A stretch of DNA of 64,000 bases from Haloferacaceae archaeon (GCA_042216495.1 JBDGTU010000022.1:1208-65207); one strand, 5' to 3'. Counted from the stretch's first letter, positions 18,657-29,270 are shown. Notes: generated by a model from the sequence alone, not told the origin. Numbers and translations are program-made.

Positions 18657-19523
18657 ATGAGCGACGGCGAACACAAGATAGCGGACACTCGCGGACGGTT
18701 CGTACAGGTCGTTCGAAACGGTCGGAAGCTACAGGACGCGGGCTGGAACAGCGGCCGCATCGTCCTCTCGAACAAGCGGCTCGTCCTCGTCAGTAACGAC
18801 GGGAAGCGTACCGTCTCCCTCTCGAACGTCGTTCGCCTCGACGGCCGCTACGACGTCAACCAACTCGTCGCGAGCGTCTCGGGCTACGTCAGCCTCTACC
18901 TCTCCGACGAGGACGTCCTGCTGGTCGCGCCGGACGACGTCGACACCTTCGAGGCGGCGCTCTATCGCGCGTTGCTCGACCGGGCCGTCGTCCTCGTGCG
19001 TCACCCGGCCGTGGAGGGCGGCGTCGTCCAGGACACCGAGTGGGTGAAGTCCCGCGTCAAAATCGAGGAGGATGCCGTCTCGGTGGCGATGTCCGACGGC
19101 TCCTTCGTCGAAATATCGCTCGACGACATCGGGTCGCTGGAGCGAAACGAGCGCACCGTCCGGGACGGGAAACGGCCGGTCCTCGAAGCCGAACACACCG
19201 AAGACGGGACCAGCGTCCAGACCTACATCTCGGGCGGGAGCCGTCACGTCGCCTTTCTCGAATCGCTCCTGCAGAAAGGCGTCGAGGAGAGCGAGATCGG
19301 CGTCGAGCTATCGAGCAAGGAAAACGAGGTGTTGATGGCGCTCTACTCCGGCGTCTCGCCGTTCGAAATCCCCGAGTTCGTCGGGATGGACGTCGACGAA
19401 GTCGAGGAGACGTTCGAGCACCTGGTCGAACTCGGCGTCCTCGAAGAGGTGCGCAAGCGCCGCGAGGTGACGCTCAACGCCCGCGGTCGCAACATCGCCA
19501 GCACCGCGATGAACGACCAGTAG
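18657..19523 (+). CDS. cheF1: Archaeal chemotaxis-motor adaptor CheF
   Basis: GRIVLSNKRLVL, HPAVEGGVVQD and a C-terminal wHTH (LMALYSGVSPFEIPEF). Start at ATG 18657. Confidence 0.92.
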   Translation: MSDGEHKIADTRGRFVQVVRNGRKLQDAGWNSGRIVLSNKRLVLVSNDGKRTVSLSNVVRLDGRYDVNQLVASVSGYVSLYLSDEDVLLVAPDDVDTFEAALYRALLDRAVVLVRHPAVEGGVVQDTEWVKSRVKIEEDAVSVAMSDGSFVEISLDDIGSLERNERTVRDGKRPVLEAEHTEDGTSVQTYISGGSRHVAFLESLLQKGVEESEIGVELSSKENEVLMALYSGVSPFEIPEFVGMDVDEVEETFEHLVELGVLEEVRKRREVTLNARGRNIASTAMNDQ

Positions 19524-19566
19524 TCGGCCGGAACGCCCCGTCCAGTTCTCGGTGGGACGTTCGTCG

Positions 19567-19636
19567 GAGTTCGTCGGTCCGATTGCGCCCGACCGGCGGG
19601 TCAGAGTTCGTCGGGTCGGTTTCGCCCGACCGGCGG
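19567..19636. repeat. Two imperfect 33-bp tandem units (37-bp period), each forming a GTCGG...CCGAC hairpin, between the convergent cheF genes
   Basis: GAGTTCGTCGGTCCGATTGCGCCCGACCGGCGG (19567-19599) versus GAGTTCGTCGGGTCGGTTTCGCCCGACCGGCGG (19604-19636). Confidence 0.7.
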
Positions 19637-19760
19637 ACCGGACCCGGTCGCGGGCCGCCCGACCGCCGACCGGCTACGGGGACCTCTCGTAGCGAGTACT
19701 GTAACTGTTCACCGGTGGTTCGCCAGGACGGTCCAGCGAATCACCGGTACTGGCTCACTG

Positions 19761-20639
19761 TCAGTTGATGTCTTCGAGGCGGTCGGTGATGACGACGCGT
19801 CCTTTCGGCGTCAGCGACGTCTCCTGTTCGCCGTCGACGACCAGGCCCTTCTCCCGCAGCGAGTTCAACACCATCGTCGTCCGACTCGGGTCGGCCGTGA
19901 CGAGTTCGGTCGGGTCGGCCGCCTCGCCCGCGGAGTAGAGGCCGACGAGCACCTGCAACTCCTCGTCGGTGAGCGAGATGTCCTCGAGTTCCTCCATCAG
20001 GTCGCTGTACTCCAGGCGGAGATACCGGCCGAGGAGGTTCATCTTCCGCTGGGTCGGGAGGATGACGTCCGTGACGACCGACGTCGTCGACGGGAGGTGC
20101 CGGACTTCGAGCGTCGGCCGGGACTTCCCGCCGAGGGTCCGCGACGTCTTCGAGATTTCGGTGACCGTCCCCAGGTCGATTTCGAACGGCGAGGGGAGTT
20201 CGGCGAAGACCATCCGCCCGCGTTTCACGCGGAGTTTGCCGAGTCGCGTCGGCGTGTCGAGGACGCGGCCACCCCGCCGCGCCGGGTGTTTGACCGTCGC
20301 CTCGATGCCGTTCAACTGCGCTTTGAAGAGTATCGTCGTGAACTTGTCGACGGTGTCGGACCCCGCTTCGACGACCGCGAACCGTCGCGTGTCGCCCCGT
20401 TCGTACGCGATTGTGACGGAGTCGTTGAAGAACTCGCGCATCTCCGGCGGGACGTGACCCACGGCGACGTCGAAGATGGACGACATCGGGATGGTCGTCT
20501 TGTCGTCGCTACCGGCGAGGACGAGTCGGCGCGAACTCATGAGGATTCGCCCGCTGGAGGGTTCGGTCGCTCCCGTTCCGGTAACGAAAAACTCCCCCAC
20601 GAAGTCGACGAGAATCCGCTCTCCGTCCCGGTTAGACAT
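19761..20639 (-). CDS. cheF2: CheF paralog
   Basis: GRILMSSRRLVLA, KHPARRGGRV and a C-terminal wHTH. Coupled to the end of flaJ. Confidence 0.88.
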   Translation of the reverse strand: MSNRDGERILVDFVGEFFVTGTGATEPSSGRILMSSRRLVLAGSDDKTTIPMSSIFDVAVGHVPPEMREFFNDSVTIAYERGDTRRFAVVEAGSDTVDKFTTILFKAQLNGIEATVKHPARRGGRVLDTPTRLGKLRVKRGRMVFAELPSPFEIDLGTVTEISKTSRTLGGKSRPTLEVRHLPSTTSVVTDVILPTQRKMNLLGRYLRLEYSDLMEELEDISLTDEELQVLVGLYSAGEAADPTELVTADPSRTTMVLNSLREKGLVVDGEQETSLTPKGRVVITDRLEDIN

Positions 20640-22380
20640 TCAGTAATCCCTCCACCATGACTTGCGTGACGACGCCGATGATACTACCCAGCCACGTCAA
20701 CGCGACGAAGTGAGACAGGGCGTTCAGCTTGTGTCCGCCGTCGATGGTCCGTATCATCAACGACGACGACAGGGCGTTGAACAGGATGACCGTGACGAGC
20801 AGGAACTGGATGAGCGGGAGGTCGTACACCTGCGTGTGGATGAGCCGTCCGGCGTCGAACGTACTCGACGAGCCACCGAGACCGAGCGAGAGGTCGGCGA
20901 GAATCTTCACGATGGTGAAGCCGATGAAGAACGCGAACGTCGACGCGGCGGTGATACCGTAGAGCAACCCCACGAGCTGGGTCGTCGCCTGCTTGCGCTG
21001 CTGGCGTAACTGATTGACCGTGTTCATGTTCTCGCTGATGAGTTCGCCGAGTTGCTTCGGTTCGCCGCCCATCTGTCGGCCGGTGAGGTACATCTCGCTG
21101 AACTTCTGGATGAGGTACGACTGCGTACTCGCGTTGAAATACTCCCAGGCCCGCGCCGGTTCGATGCGCATGTTGAGGCGCTTGAACAGGTCGTCGATCT
21201 CCTCGGTGAGCGGACCGAAGTCCTTGTTTCGGAGCGTCCGCAGCACCTCGGTCGTGGTCGTCTGTTTCGCGCTCTCGCTGGCACCGAGCGCGCGGATGAA
21301 TCCCGGGAAGTCCTCGTCGCAGGCGATGATTTCCTTCTCGCGCCGTCGGAAGACGTAGCCCGGAATCAACAGCGGCGTGAACGGGATGGCGGCGTAGATA
21401 GGTTTCGGAACCGGGTCCAACGGAATGACGGCGGCGAGGTCTATCGGGCCGCCGAAGAGGCTACTGGCCACGAGGAGAATCAAGACGAGCGAGAGGACGC
21501 CACCGGCGACGACGCTCGCCTGCATTCGTCGCTCGTCCGGCGGGGTGATGTCTTCGGGGAAGTACCAGACGGGGTCGAACGGTGCCATCATCCGGATGAC
21601 GAGCAGGAAGCCGATCTGAATGAGCACGAACAGGACGATGACGCCGCTGATGGTCATCGTCGGATTCGTCCCCGTCAGGATGGGCAGGACGATGGCGAAG
21701 ACGAGCGCGAACGTCATCGAGAGAATCATCGACAGGTAGAGGTCCTTCATCACTTCGAGGTTGTCGAGGGCGCTCTCGTAGACGGTGACGTAGTTTTGCA
21801 GCATGACCTGCTGTTCGCTCAAGAGGAAGTCGCTCAGTTCCTGCCCGGCACCGAGCGTGTACGCGAGTCGGTCGAAGAAGTCGGCGACGGCGTCGCTCGA
21901 CACCTGTTTGGCGCGTCGCCGGCAGGCGTCGTCGAGGCTCTGGTTCCACGTGTCGACGAGCTGGACGATGCGGTTCAGCTCCTCCGCCATCGGGCCGTAC
22001 TCGCGTTCCGTCGCGAGTTCCCGGAACACTTCCATGCGGTCGATGTTCGTCGTCGAGAGCACCGTCATGTGGGTCATCATCAGGTGGTACTGGTTTTCCA
22101 TCCGAATCCGTTCCTGACTGACGACGAGTTGGGGATAGAAGACGGCCGACCCGACAGCGAGCACGCCGAGCAACGGTATCGGAAGCCGAACGAACACCGG
22201 CAAGGGGAGCACCAGCGCGCCCAGAATCGTCAGCGCGAAAAACGCGGCCGCCGGGACGAGGACGAGGAGGACGTACCGCCGAATCGGCATATCGAACTGC
22301 TCGTAGGCGCTGAGCAACGAGGTGGCCAGTTCGGACGTGGAGACGTCGACCTCCGCCTTCGAGGTTTGTTCCGAAGGCAT
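20632..22380 (-). CDS. flaJ: Archaellum membrane platform protein ArlJ/FlaJ
   Basis: Polytopic membrane protein with THMTVLSTTNIDR, two cytoplasmic T2SS-F-like domains and a DGGH motif. Confidence 0.96.
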   Translation of the reverse strand: MPSEQTSKAEVDVSTSELATSLLSAYEQFDMPIRRYVLLVLVPAAAFFALTILGALVLPLPVFVRLPIPLLGVLAVGSAVFYPQLVVSQERIRMENQYHLMMTHMTVLSTTNIDRMEVFRELATEREYGPMAEELNRIVQLVDTWNQSLDDACRRRAKQVSSDAVADFFDRLAYTLGAGQELSDFLLSEQQVMLQNYVTVYESALDNLEVMKDLYLSMILSMTFALVFAIVLPILTGTNPTMTISGVIVLFVLIQIGFLLVIRMMAPFDPVWYFPEDITPPDERRMQASVVAGGVLSLVLILLVASSLFGGPIDLAAVIPLDPVPKPIYAAIPFTPLLIPGYVFRRREKEIIACDEDFPGFIRALGASESAKQTTTTEVLRTLRNKDFGPLTEEIDDLFKRLNMRIEPARAWEYFNASTQSYLIQKFSEMYLTGRQMGGEPKQLGELISENMNTVNQLRQQRKQATTQLVGLLYGITAASTFAFFIGFTIVKILADLSLGLGGSSSTFDAGRLIHTQVYDLPLIQFLLVTVILFNALSSSLMIRTIDGGHKLNALSHFVALTWLGSIIGVVTQVMVEGLLNV

Positions 22381-22381
22381 G

Positions 22382-24046
22382 CTATCGGTGCATATCGAAC
22401 GGCAGCCCCTCGATGCCGTCGCGCTGGAACTCCTCGATGGTCTCGTTGACCTCGTGATAGCCGAGGATGTTCTCCTGTATCATGCGCTCGATGACGTCCG
22501 CTCGGAACGCCAGGTCGTCGTAGATTTCGCGGGTGTCGGCGTAGCCCAGCAGCGTCGCGATCTGCTCCTCGAGGACGTAGGAATTGTTCATTCCCTGGAA
22601 GTTAATCTGGTCTTCGACCGGGTCCCAGTTGAACACCTGTCGGGTGACGACGCCGTCCATCTCCTTCGAGTAGCCCTCGATCTCCTGAACGCTCGTCACC
22701 CGGCGCAGGACGTCGTCGCCCTGTTTGACGCGGTTCTGGAAGAGGGCCACGTCGGCCACGTCCATGAACGTCTCGGGGACGTTGATGGGTTCGCCCGTGA
22801 ATCGCTGAATCATGGAGACGATGTCGCTGGCGTGGAAGGTGAGCATCACCGGGTGGCCGGTCTGGGCCGCCTGGAACGCCATCCGACCCTCCTCGCCGCG
22901 GACCTCGCCCACGACGATGTAGTCGGGGCGCGACCGGAGTGCGGCGGCGACCAGGTCGAACATGTCGACGTCCGCACCCTCCTCGCCCTGCCCCTCGCGA
23001 GTGAGCAACTGCTGCCAGGTGTCGTGGGGCGGGAGGACTTCCGCGGTGTCCTCCGCGGTGTAAATCTTCGAGTCCCGCGGGATGAACGACATGATGCAGT
23101 TGAGCGTCGTCGTCTTTCCGGACGCCGTCTCGCCGACGACGAAGACGGTCTGTTCGTTCTCCAGACAGAGCCACAGGTACGCGACCAGTTCGGGCGAGAG
23201 GGTGCCCCACTTCGTAATCTGCGTGATGGAGAGCGGCGTCTCGTCGCCCTGGCGGATGGTGAGGCTCGGCCCCTTGACGCTCACGTCGTCGGAGTAGATG
23301 ACGTTCAACCGCGACCCGTCCGGAAGCGTCGAGTCGACGATGGGGTTGGAGTCCGAGAGCGGGTCGCCGATTCGCTCGCCCATGTTTCGGAGCCAGTTGT
23401 CGAACGACTCGGGCGTCCCGAAGTCCACCGTCGTCTCGATGAGGCCGTAGACGCTGTGGTCGACGTAACACTCGTGGGGGCCGATGACGTGGATGTCCTC
23501 GTTCGCGGGGTCGCGCATCACCGGTTCGAGCGGCCCCAGCCCCACGATGTCGCGGTTGAGCCGATAGCGGATGTTCTCGTACGTCTGGTTGCTGATTCGG
23601 TACTTGCCGAGGTTGAACAGCCGCTTGAGCCAGTCGAGCCACCCGCCCGAGTTTTCCTCGATGGTCGTCGTCTCGGACAGGAGTTCCTCGATGCGGTCGT
23701 CGTACTCCGCCTCCTCTTCCGGGACGGCCTTGTTGACGCTACGGTCGAGGAGTCGGTCGCGGACTTTCCCGAACACCTCCCGTTCGTCGTCGGCGAGCGT
23801 CGGTTCGATGGCGTAGTATTTGACGTCCTGCCCGAGGTCGCCGTAGATGTGACAGTATATCGGGCCGCCGACGGAGTAGAGGACGTTCGGGCGGTGCGTC
23901 TCGTACTCGCTGGTCGGTTCGTCGATGAGAATCGGGAACTCGCCCGTTATCTGTTTGAATTTCGTCAGGTGGTCCCGAAGGTGGGGACGACGCGAGGCGA
24001 GTTGTTGAAGTTCGTCCGACGGTCGTGCGGTTCCCAGTTCTGTCAT
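22382..24046 (-). CDS. flaI: Archaellum motor ATPase ArlI/FlaI
   Basis: GETASGKTT, AEDTAE, LRSRPDYIVVGEVRG, QTGH...TFHA. Confidence 0.97.
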   Translation of the reverse strand: MTELGTARPSDELQQLASRRPHLRDHLTKFKQITGEFPILIDEPTSEYETHRPNVLYSVGGPIYCHIYGDLGQDVKYYAIEPTLADDEREVFGKVRDRLLDRSVNKAVPEEEAEYDDRIEELLSETTTIEENSGGWLDWLKRLFNLGKYRISNQTYENIRYRLNRDIVGLGPLEPVMRDPANEDIHVIGPHECYVDHSVYGLIETTVDFGTPESFDNWLRNMGERIGDPLSDSNPIVDSTLPDGSRLNVIYSDDVSVKGPSLTIRQGDETPLSITQITKWGTLSPELVAYLWLCLENEQTVFVVGETASGKTTTLNCIMSFIPRDSKIYTAEDTAEVLPPHDTWQQLLTREGQGEEGADVDMFDLVAAALRSRPDYIVVGEVRGEEGRMAFQAAQTGHPVMLTFHASDIVSMIQRFTGEPINVPETFMDVADVALFQNRVKQGDDVLRRVTSVQEIEGYSKEMDGVVTRQVFNWDPVEDQINFQGMNNSYVLEEQIATLLGYADTREIYDDLAFRADVIERMIQENILGYHEVNETIEEFQRDGIEGLPFDMHR

Positions 24047-24052
24047 GACCAG

Positions 24053-24805
24053 TTAGGCGACGCTTCTGCTTTCGATGACGATGCCCGTCCCGGAGCGCAC
24101 CGAGAAGCCGACGGTGTCTCCGACCTGTTCGCCCATGCCCGCAAAGCGCTTGACCGAAATCTGTCGGCGGACGTCGTTCCCGACCTCGATCATCTCGAGT
24201 TGGATGTAGACGTCCGCGATAGAGCGGAAGGGACCGATGGCCTCGACGTCCACCGTCGACGGGTCGACGGTCAGGACGATGACCTTCCCCTGCGAGATGA
24301 CGTCACGGAAAAACGAGATGATTTCGAGGGCGGCCTGCCGCTCCTCGTTCTCCCGGACGAGCGCCTCGAACTTCGGGTCGTTTCGGAGGATGGCGTCGAA
24401 CGTGTCGATGATGATGGCGTCGGAGTTCCACATCACCTCCGCGTTCATGAGGCGTTTGAGGAGTTCTCGACGGTCGCCCTCCTCCTCGTCCGAGAAGGTA
24501 CCGCCCGTGTCGAGGTCCGCCTCGAGGAAGAGGACGTTCTCGCCGAGGAGATGGTCGACCACGTCGTAGGACAGCGAGTGCATCTGGTCGATGAAGCCAC
24601 GGACCGTGAGCTCCGTCGAGAGGCACGTGACCGCGTACCCCTCCTCACAGAATCCGTACGTGAATCGCTGCGAGAGGGCGCTCTTGCCGGCCCCGTAGTC
24701 GCCCTCGACGAGGACGATACTCCCGCGGGGAATGCCCCCGCCGAGTTCCTTGTTCAGTCGGTCGTGGTCCTCCAGCCCGAGCGACAGTAGGTCGTTTCGG
24801 CTCAT
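24053..24805 (-). CDS. flaH: Archaellum RecA/KaiC-like protein ArlH/FlaH
   Basis: Start reassigned to ATG 24805. [30 protein letters not shown]. Confidence 0.95.
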   Translation of the reverse strand: MSRNDLLSLGLEDHDRLNKELGGGIPRGSIVLVEGDYGAGKSALSQRFTYGFCEEGYAVTCLSTELTVRGFIDQMHSLSYDVVDHLLGENVLFLEADLDTGGTFSDEEEGDRRELLKRLMNAEVMWNSDAIIIDTFDAILRNDPKFEALVRENEERQAALEIISFFRDVISQGKVIVLTVDPSTVDVEAIGPFRSIADVYIQLEMIEVGNDVRRQISVKRFAGMGEQVGDTVGFSVRSGTGIVIESRSVA

Positions 24806-25239
24806 GTGCGGAACGTGAACACCTCCTCGTCGCCGTTGACGATGATTTTGACCCGGTGGTCGCCCGAGGGCAGCGACGCCTCGATGTCCAACCGGACGAC
24901 GTTCGACGAGTCCCAACTGGAGCCGTCGACGACGGTCAGCGAGACTTGCGTCCGGTACTGGCCGTCGAGGATGACGTCCACGGACGTCGGGTCAGCGACT
25001 AACTGTGACGTTCCCGTGTTCTTCACATAAAGGGTGACGTTCGTTCCATCGTAGACGGAACTCCCCGAGTCGCTGATGATCTCGATGTCCGTGCGCACCT
25101 CCTCGCTCACGTCGAGGCTCTGGTCTTCGATGCCGGCGCTAATACGGGAGACGCTCTGAGTGAACGTCCCGGCGACGCCCGCCGCGATGACGAGGCTGGC
25201 GATGAACAACACCAGGTGCGACACCGAGACGCTCGCCAC
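24802..25239 (-). CDS. flaG: Archaellum stator protein ArlG/FlaG
   Basis: GTG start. [16 protein letters not shown]-terminal helix, TDIEIISD and YVKNTG. Confidence 0.93.
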   Translation of the reverse strand: MASVSVSHLVLFIASLVIAAGVAGTFTQSVSRISAGIEDQSLDVSEEVRTDIEIISDSGSSVYDGTNVTLYVKNTGTSQLVADPTSVDVILDGQYRTQVSLTVVDGSSWDSSNVVRLDIEASLPSGDHRVKIIVNGDEEVFTFRT

Positions 25240-25668
25240 TCAGACCACCTCCGAGACGGCCACGCCCGGCCCGGAGACGACTTTCACCCGCGAGGGGTTC
25301 GACACCGACAGTTCGATGTGGAGCGTCTCTCCCGGGAGCCAGAGGTCCGTCGTCGAATCTCCGTCGACTTCCCGGACGGCGAACGACGTCTGATACTCGT
25401 TGTCGACGAGGACGTCCGTACCGTTCACGGAGAGCGACGTCGACCCCGTGTTGTCCACCTCTATCGTCAGTATCCCGGAGGTGGAGTTGTACGACGCGGT
25501 CGCGAGTGAGATGTTGGTGTTCTGGCGCTCCAGCGCCTCTTCGGCGACGTCGTCTCGGGCGTCGGTGACGCGTTCGAAGCCGTTCGAAGTCGCGGTGTAC
25601 ATCGTGCCGAACGCGATGAACATCCCGACGAAGATGATCGCCGCCGAGCCGCTGACGCTAAAGCCCAT
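25240..25668 (-). CDS. flaF: Archaellum stator protein ArlF/FlaF
   Basis: MGFSVSGSAAIIF N-terminus (ATG 25668), NTG, LVDN and WLPGETL. Confidence 0.93.
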   Translation of the reverse strand: MGFSVSGSAAIIFVGMFIAFGTMYTATSNGFERVTDARDDVAEEALERQNTNISLATASYNSTSGILTIEVDNTGSTSLSVNGTDVLVDNEYQTSFAVREVDGDSTTDLWLPGETLHIELSVSNPSRVKVVSGPGVAVSEVV

Positions 25669-27070
25669 CTGACCCCCCCAGACAGCGTTCGAACAGGAGC
25701 GCGTCGGAGGTGCCACTCGTGAGGCGGCTGACGTACTGGAGGCTGTTGACGTGGTGGTCGAGCGTCAGTGACGTGGGGCTCGGCCGCACTCCCTCCGGGT
25801 CCGCGTCGACGTCGCCGAACCCCTGAAGGAAGTTCCGCAGGCTGTCGGCCACGTCGTCGCTGACCCACTCGATGGTCCGATAGTATTCGATGGCGCGCGC
25901 GGCGTCGGTCGGGTCCGACTCCTCGACGAGATACTCGATCCACTCCAGCACGAGGAGGTCGACGACGAACCCGGCGGGCAACGCGTCGAGATACGGTTTG
26001 GCCCGCGGGCCAGCCCCCGACATGAGCGTGTTCTCGGCGAACTGGAGGTCGCCCGCCGACTGCGCCGCCGCGGCCGAGCGGTCGGGGGCCGCCCGAGCGG
26101 TCGGTTCTGCCGACGGGTCGGCGGTGGCGTCGGCCGCCGACGGGTCGGCGGCGTCCGCTGGCTCCGCCGCTCCCGCATTTGGCTCGGCCGCTTCTCCGTT
26201 GGCGATTGGGTCTTCGGTCGTGACGGTCGCCTCCAGGTCGTCGCCGTCGTCGAACTCACCCATCGAATCGCCGAAGTCGTCGCCGGCGTCGCCGAGTCCC
26301 TCGTCGCCAGCGTCGAATCCCTCGTCGACGTCGGCAAAGCCCTCGGCGTCGTCCGCGTTCGTTCCCCCGTCGCCGCCCTCGTCGGTCGCCCAGTCGGCGT
26401 CGCCGGAATCGTACTCGTTTTTCAGTTCCTCGAAGGACTTGCCGGAGTCGTCGGTGTCGTCAGCCATATCTGAGCCAGTTTCGTCCAGGGAATCGCCCGC
26501 TCCATCGATGGAACCGCTCGCGCCGTCGAAGGAATCGTCCGCGCTCTCGAAGGATTCGTCGTCGTCGTCGAGGAAGTCGTCGTCGAAGAAGTCCTCGGCG
26601 TCCGCGCCGGCCAGGTCCTCGTCCAGTTCCTCCTCCTCCTCTTCCTCGTCCGTGTCGAACAGGCCGAGCGACCCGCCGTCGTCGAAGTCGCCGCCCGTCT
26701 GGACGTCGTCGACGAACGGATTGACGCCCCGCGTCACCATCTCGTAGATGTCGAGCAGCTTCCGGACGTTCTCTTCGATGTCGTCGACGGTGTTCGAAAT
26801 TTCCTCGTTCTCGCTCTTGACCGTCCCGACGGTGGAGGACAGACTCGACAGTTCGTTCTCGAGTTCGTCGACGCGACTTTCGAGTTCTCGGGTGGAGCCT
26901 CCGGCGGCGTCCTCGTCCCCGCCGAAACTGAGGTCGTCGCCGAACTCGTCGTCCCCACCGAGCTCGTCGAAGTCGTCGCCCTCGTCGAACAGGAGTTCGT
27001 CGTCGCCGTCGCCGTTACCGGCGTCGCCGCTGTCGTCGTCGGACCCCAAAAACCGGTCCAGAATGCTCAT
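25658..27070 (-). CDS. flaCE: Archaellum switch-complex protein ArlCE/FlaCE
   Basis: Coiled coil IEENVRKLLDIYEMVTRGVNPF, long acidic linker with KSFEELKNEY, C-terminal FlaD/E domain KPYL...EW...YY..IEW...DHH. Confidence 0.92.
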   Translation of the reverse strand: MSILDRFLGSDDDSGDAGNGDGDDELLFDEGDDFDELGGDDEFGDDLSFGGDEDAAGGSTRELESRVDELENELSSLSSTVGTVKSENEEISNTVDDIEENVRKLLDIYEMVTRGVNPFVDDVQTGGDFDDGGSLGLFDTDEEEEEEELDEDLAGADAEDFFDDDFLDDDDESFESADDSFDGASGSIDGAGDSLDETGSDMADDTDDSGKSFEELKNEYDSGDADWATDEGGDGGTNADDAEGFADVDEGFDAGDEGLGDAGDDFGDSMGEFDDGDDLEATVTTEDPIANGEAAEPNAGAAEPADAADPSAADATADPSAEPTARAAPDRSAAAAQSAGDLQFAENTLMSGAGPRAKPYLDALPAGFVVDLLVLEWIEYLVEESDPTDAARAIEYYRTIEWVSDDVADSLRNFLQGFGDVDADPEGVRPSPTSLTLDHHVNSLQYVSRLTSGTSDALLFERCLGGSDGL

Positions 27071-27153
27071 CGACGACCTCCCTGTCGAGTACCCGTCCCA
27101 GCCATTCTCGTTCCGAAAATCGGATTCACTGCCTTTAACCGTTCCCCTTTAGT

Positions 27154-27167
27154 TATCAATTCTGATA
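27154..27167. promoter_or_regulatory. Palindrome TATCA-ATTC-TGATA upstream of the flaCE-F-G-H-I-J operon
   Basis: Perfect half-sites, 15 nt from the TTAA core at 27135-27138. Confidence 0.75.
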
Positions 27168-27178
27168 GTTAAAGGCGG

Positions 27179-27685
27179 TCACAGCTGGACGTCGCCGGCC
27201 GTCGCGCTCTTGACGACGAGGTCACCGGACGCGCCCGACAACCGAAGGGACCGGCCGTAATCGCCGCCGACGTCCTCCGCGACGAGGGGAACGCCTTCGA
27301 GTTCGAGCGTTTCACGGGCGACGGCGACGTTTCGCTCGCCGATGGACCGCGCCTGGGAGTCGAATTCGAACATCCGGCTCCCACCGGCGAGTTTCGCCAC
27401 GACGTCGTCGAACGACGCACCGGCGGCGACGACTTCCCGGAGAAGCAGTTCGATGCCGCTGTCGGTGAACTTCGCCGGATTCTCCGCGGACGGGTCGGCC
27501 TCCGGGAGCATGACGTGGACCAGTCCCGCGACGCCGGCCACGTCGTCGTAGAGCGCGACGCCGAGACAGGAACCCAGGCCGCTCGTCGACAGCGTCGCTC
27601 CGGCGTCCGTGACTGCCCAGTCCGCGATGCCGACGTTGATTCGGCCGCCGGACGACGTCGAATCGACCCCGCCGTGGACCTTCAT
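27179..27685 (-). CDS. cheD: Receptor deamidase CheD
   Basis: VGIAD, GLGSCLGV, HVMLP, KLAGG..MF, IGERN, EDVGG..GR. Confidence 0.96.
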   Translation of the reverse strand: MKVHGGVDSTSSGGRINVGIADWAVTDAGATLSTSGLGSCLGVALYDDVAGVAGLVHVMLPEADPSAENPAKFTDSGIELLLREVVAAGASFDDVVAKLAGGSRMFEFDSQARSIGERNVAVARETLELEGVPLVAEDVGGDYGRSLRLSGASGDLVVKSATAGDVQL

Positions 27686-28908
27686 TCCGAGAAGAGCGAC
27701 TCCGGATCCGGCTCCGTCTGGTCGCGCCGCTCGACCAGGAGGGAGTCGAGCGCCTCCTTCAGTTTCCCCTCGTCCGGGATGGCGTATATCTCACACTGGA
27801 AGGCGTCGTCGTCGGTTCTCACCGCCGAGTCCATGAGGAACGCGTACTCCTGGGATTGGCCGAGGCGGCCGGCGATGGGGCTGAGTATCGACGCGCCCAG
27901 GTCGTGGACGAGTTCCGGCGGCGTGTGGTCGATGCTCGTCTGCAGGACGTTCGCCCAGCCGTCGATGAAGCCGCTGGTCATGATGTTACCGATCTCCTGA
28001 ATCGCGCTCTCGCCCATCTCGCCGATACCGTCGCCCTCCGTCTCCATCGGAACGAGCGCGTCCACGACCGTCTGAGCGGACGGTTCGTCGAACAGGATGG
28101 CGAGGTAGCCGCCGGGCGTCCCCTTGAACTCCATGACGACGCCCACGTACGACGTGTCGTCGACGGTGTTGGGCACGTCCTCGATCGGCACGAACGTGAG
28201 CCGACTGACGTCGACTTCCGTCTCGATTCCCGTCATCGAGGAGATGTTGCCCGCCGCCTGCGACGCGCCCTGCCGCGTCATCTCGTTGAACACGGTCAGT
28301 TTCTCCAGGGGCACCGCGTCGTCGGCGTCCTGTGCTTCCAGCATCTCCACGAGGGCGGCGTACTCCGGCAGCATGTAGATGTAGGCGTCGATCTCTTCGT
28401 CGACGGCCGTCATCTGACTCTGGATGACGAAGACGTGGTCGGATTCGGCGCGATCGAGCGACCCGTCCGGGAGCACGGAGGTACCGGTGCCTTCGACGTA
28501 CGCCGGCGGCGTGATGTCTATCTGCGTGTCGAGGTAGTCGGCCCAGCCGTCGACGAAGCCGCCGACCATGATGTTTCCGACTTCCTCGACGCCGCTCCGG
28601 GCCATCCCCTCGAACGACTCGCCACTGCTCGCGCCGGGGACGAGCACGTCGACGATAGTGCTGGCGCTCTCGCGGTCGAACGCCAGCGCCGTCTCCCCCG
28701 CGAGCCCGCCGTCGAAGCCGATCTGGACGCCGACGAACTCACGGCCGCCGAAGGCGTCGTCGAGGTCCGACGGCGACATGAGCGTGATGTTCGTCACGTC
28801 GACGTACGTCTCGATGCCGGTCATCTGCGTGAGCGACGCCGCCGCGTGTTCGGCCCCCTCCTGTGCGAGTCGGTTGAACGTGCCCAACGACTGAATATCG
28901 ACTTTCAT
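27682..28908 (-). CDS. cheC: CheC phosphatase (two-domain)
   Basis: Start at ATG 28908. Duplicated CheC domain with E-(V/I)-GN-I motifs (EEVGNIM, QEIGNIM). Confidence 0.94.
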   Translation of the reverse strand: MKVDIQSLGTFNRLAQEGAEHAAASLTQMTGIETYVDVTNITLMSPSDLDDAFGGREFVGVQIGFDGGLAGETALAFDRESASTIVDVLVPGASSGESFEGMARSGVEEVGNIMVGGFVDGWADYLDTQIDITPPAYVEGTGTSVLPDGSLDRAESDHVFVIQSQMTAVDEEIDAYIYMLPEYAALVEMLEAQDADDAVPLEKLTVFNEMTRQGASQAAGNISSMTGIETEVDVSRLTFVPIEDVPNTVDDTSYVGVVMEFKGTPGGYLAILFDEPSAQTVVDALVPMETEGDGIGEMGESAIQEIGNIMTSGFIDGWANVLQTSIDHTPPELVHDLGASILSPIAGRLGQSQEYAFLMDSAVRTDDDAFQCEIYAIPDEGKLKEALDSLLVERRDQTEPDPESLFSE

Positions 28909-28910
28909 CG

Positions 28911-29270
28911 TCAGGCCACGACGTCGTTTATGGCTTCGAGGACGCTCGGTTTCTGGAAGGGCTTCGTGATGTAACCGGAGGCACCGGCTTTGACGGCCAT
29001 CTTCATCTTCTCTTCCTGGCCGACGCTCGTACACATGATGACGTTCGCGTCGGGGTCGTTGTCGGTGATCTCCGTGGTCGCCTCGATGCCGTCCCGGATC
29101 GGCATGACGATGTCCATCATCACGAGGTCGGGGTCGTGTTCCTCGTAGAGGTCGACGGCCTCGACGCCGTTCTCCCCCTCCCCGACGATCTCGAAGTCCT
29201 CCTCCAGGATTTCACGGAGGAGGTTCCGCATGAAATCCGAATCGTCTACGATGAGTACACGTGTCGCCAT
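28911..29270 (-). CDS. cheY: Chemotaxis response regulator CheY
   Basis: Stand-alone receiver domain: IVDDS, MMDIVMP, CTSVGQ, ITKPF. Confidence 0.97.
   Translation of the reverse strand: MATRVLIVDDSDFMRNLLREILEEDFEIVGEGENGVEAVDLYEEHDPDLVMMDIVMPIRDGIEATTEITDNDPDANVIMCTSVGQEEKMKMAVKAGASGYITKPFQKPSVLEAINDVVA

Noticed and set aside
22322-24790. 822-aa plus-strand ORF, and similar long ORFs at 5381-7396, 12314-14443, 41758-43416, 50330-52516 and 58043-60469
   Set aside because: They are antisense or off-frame shadows of clear genes. High GC3 suppresses stop codons, and the translations have no family motifs.
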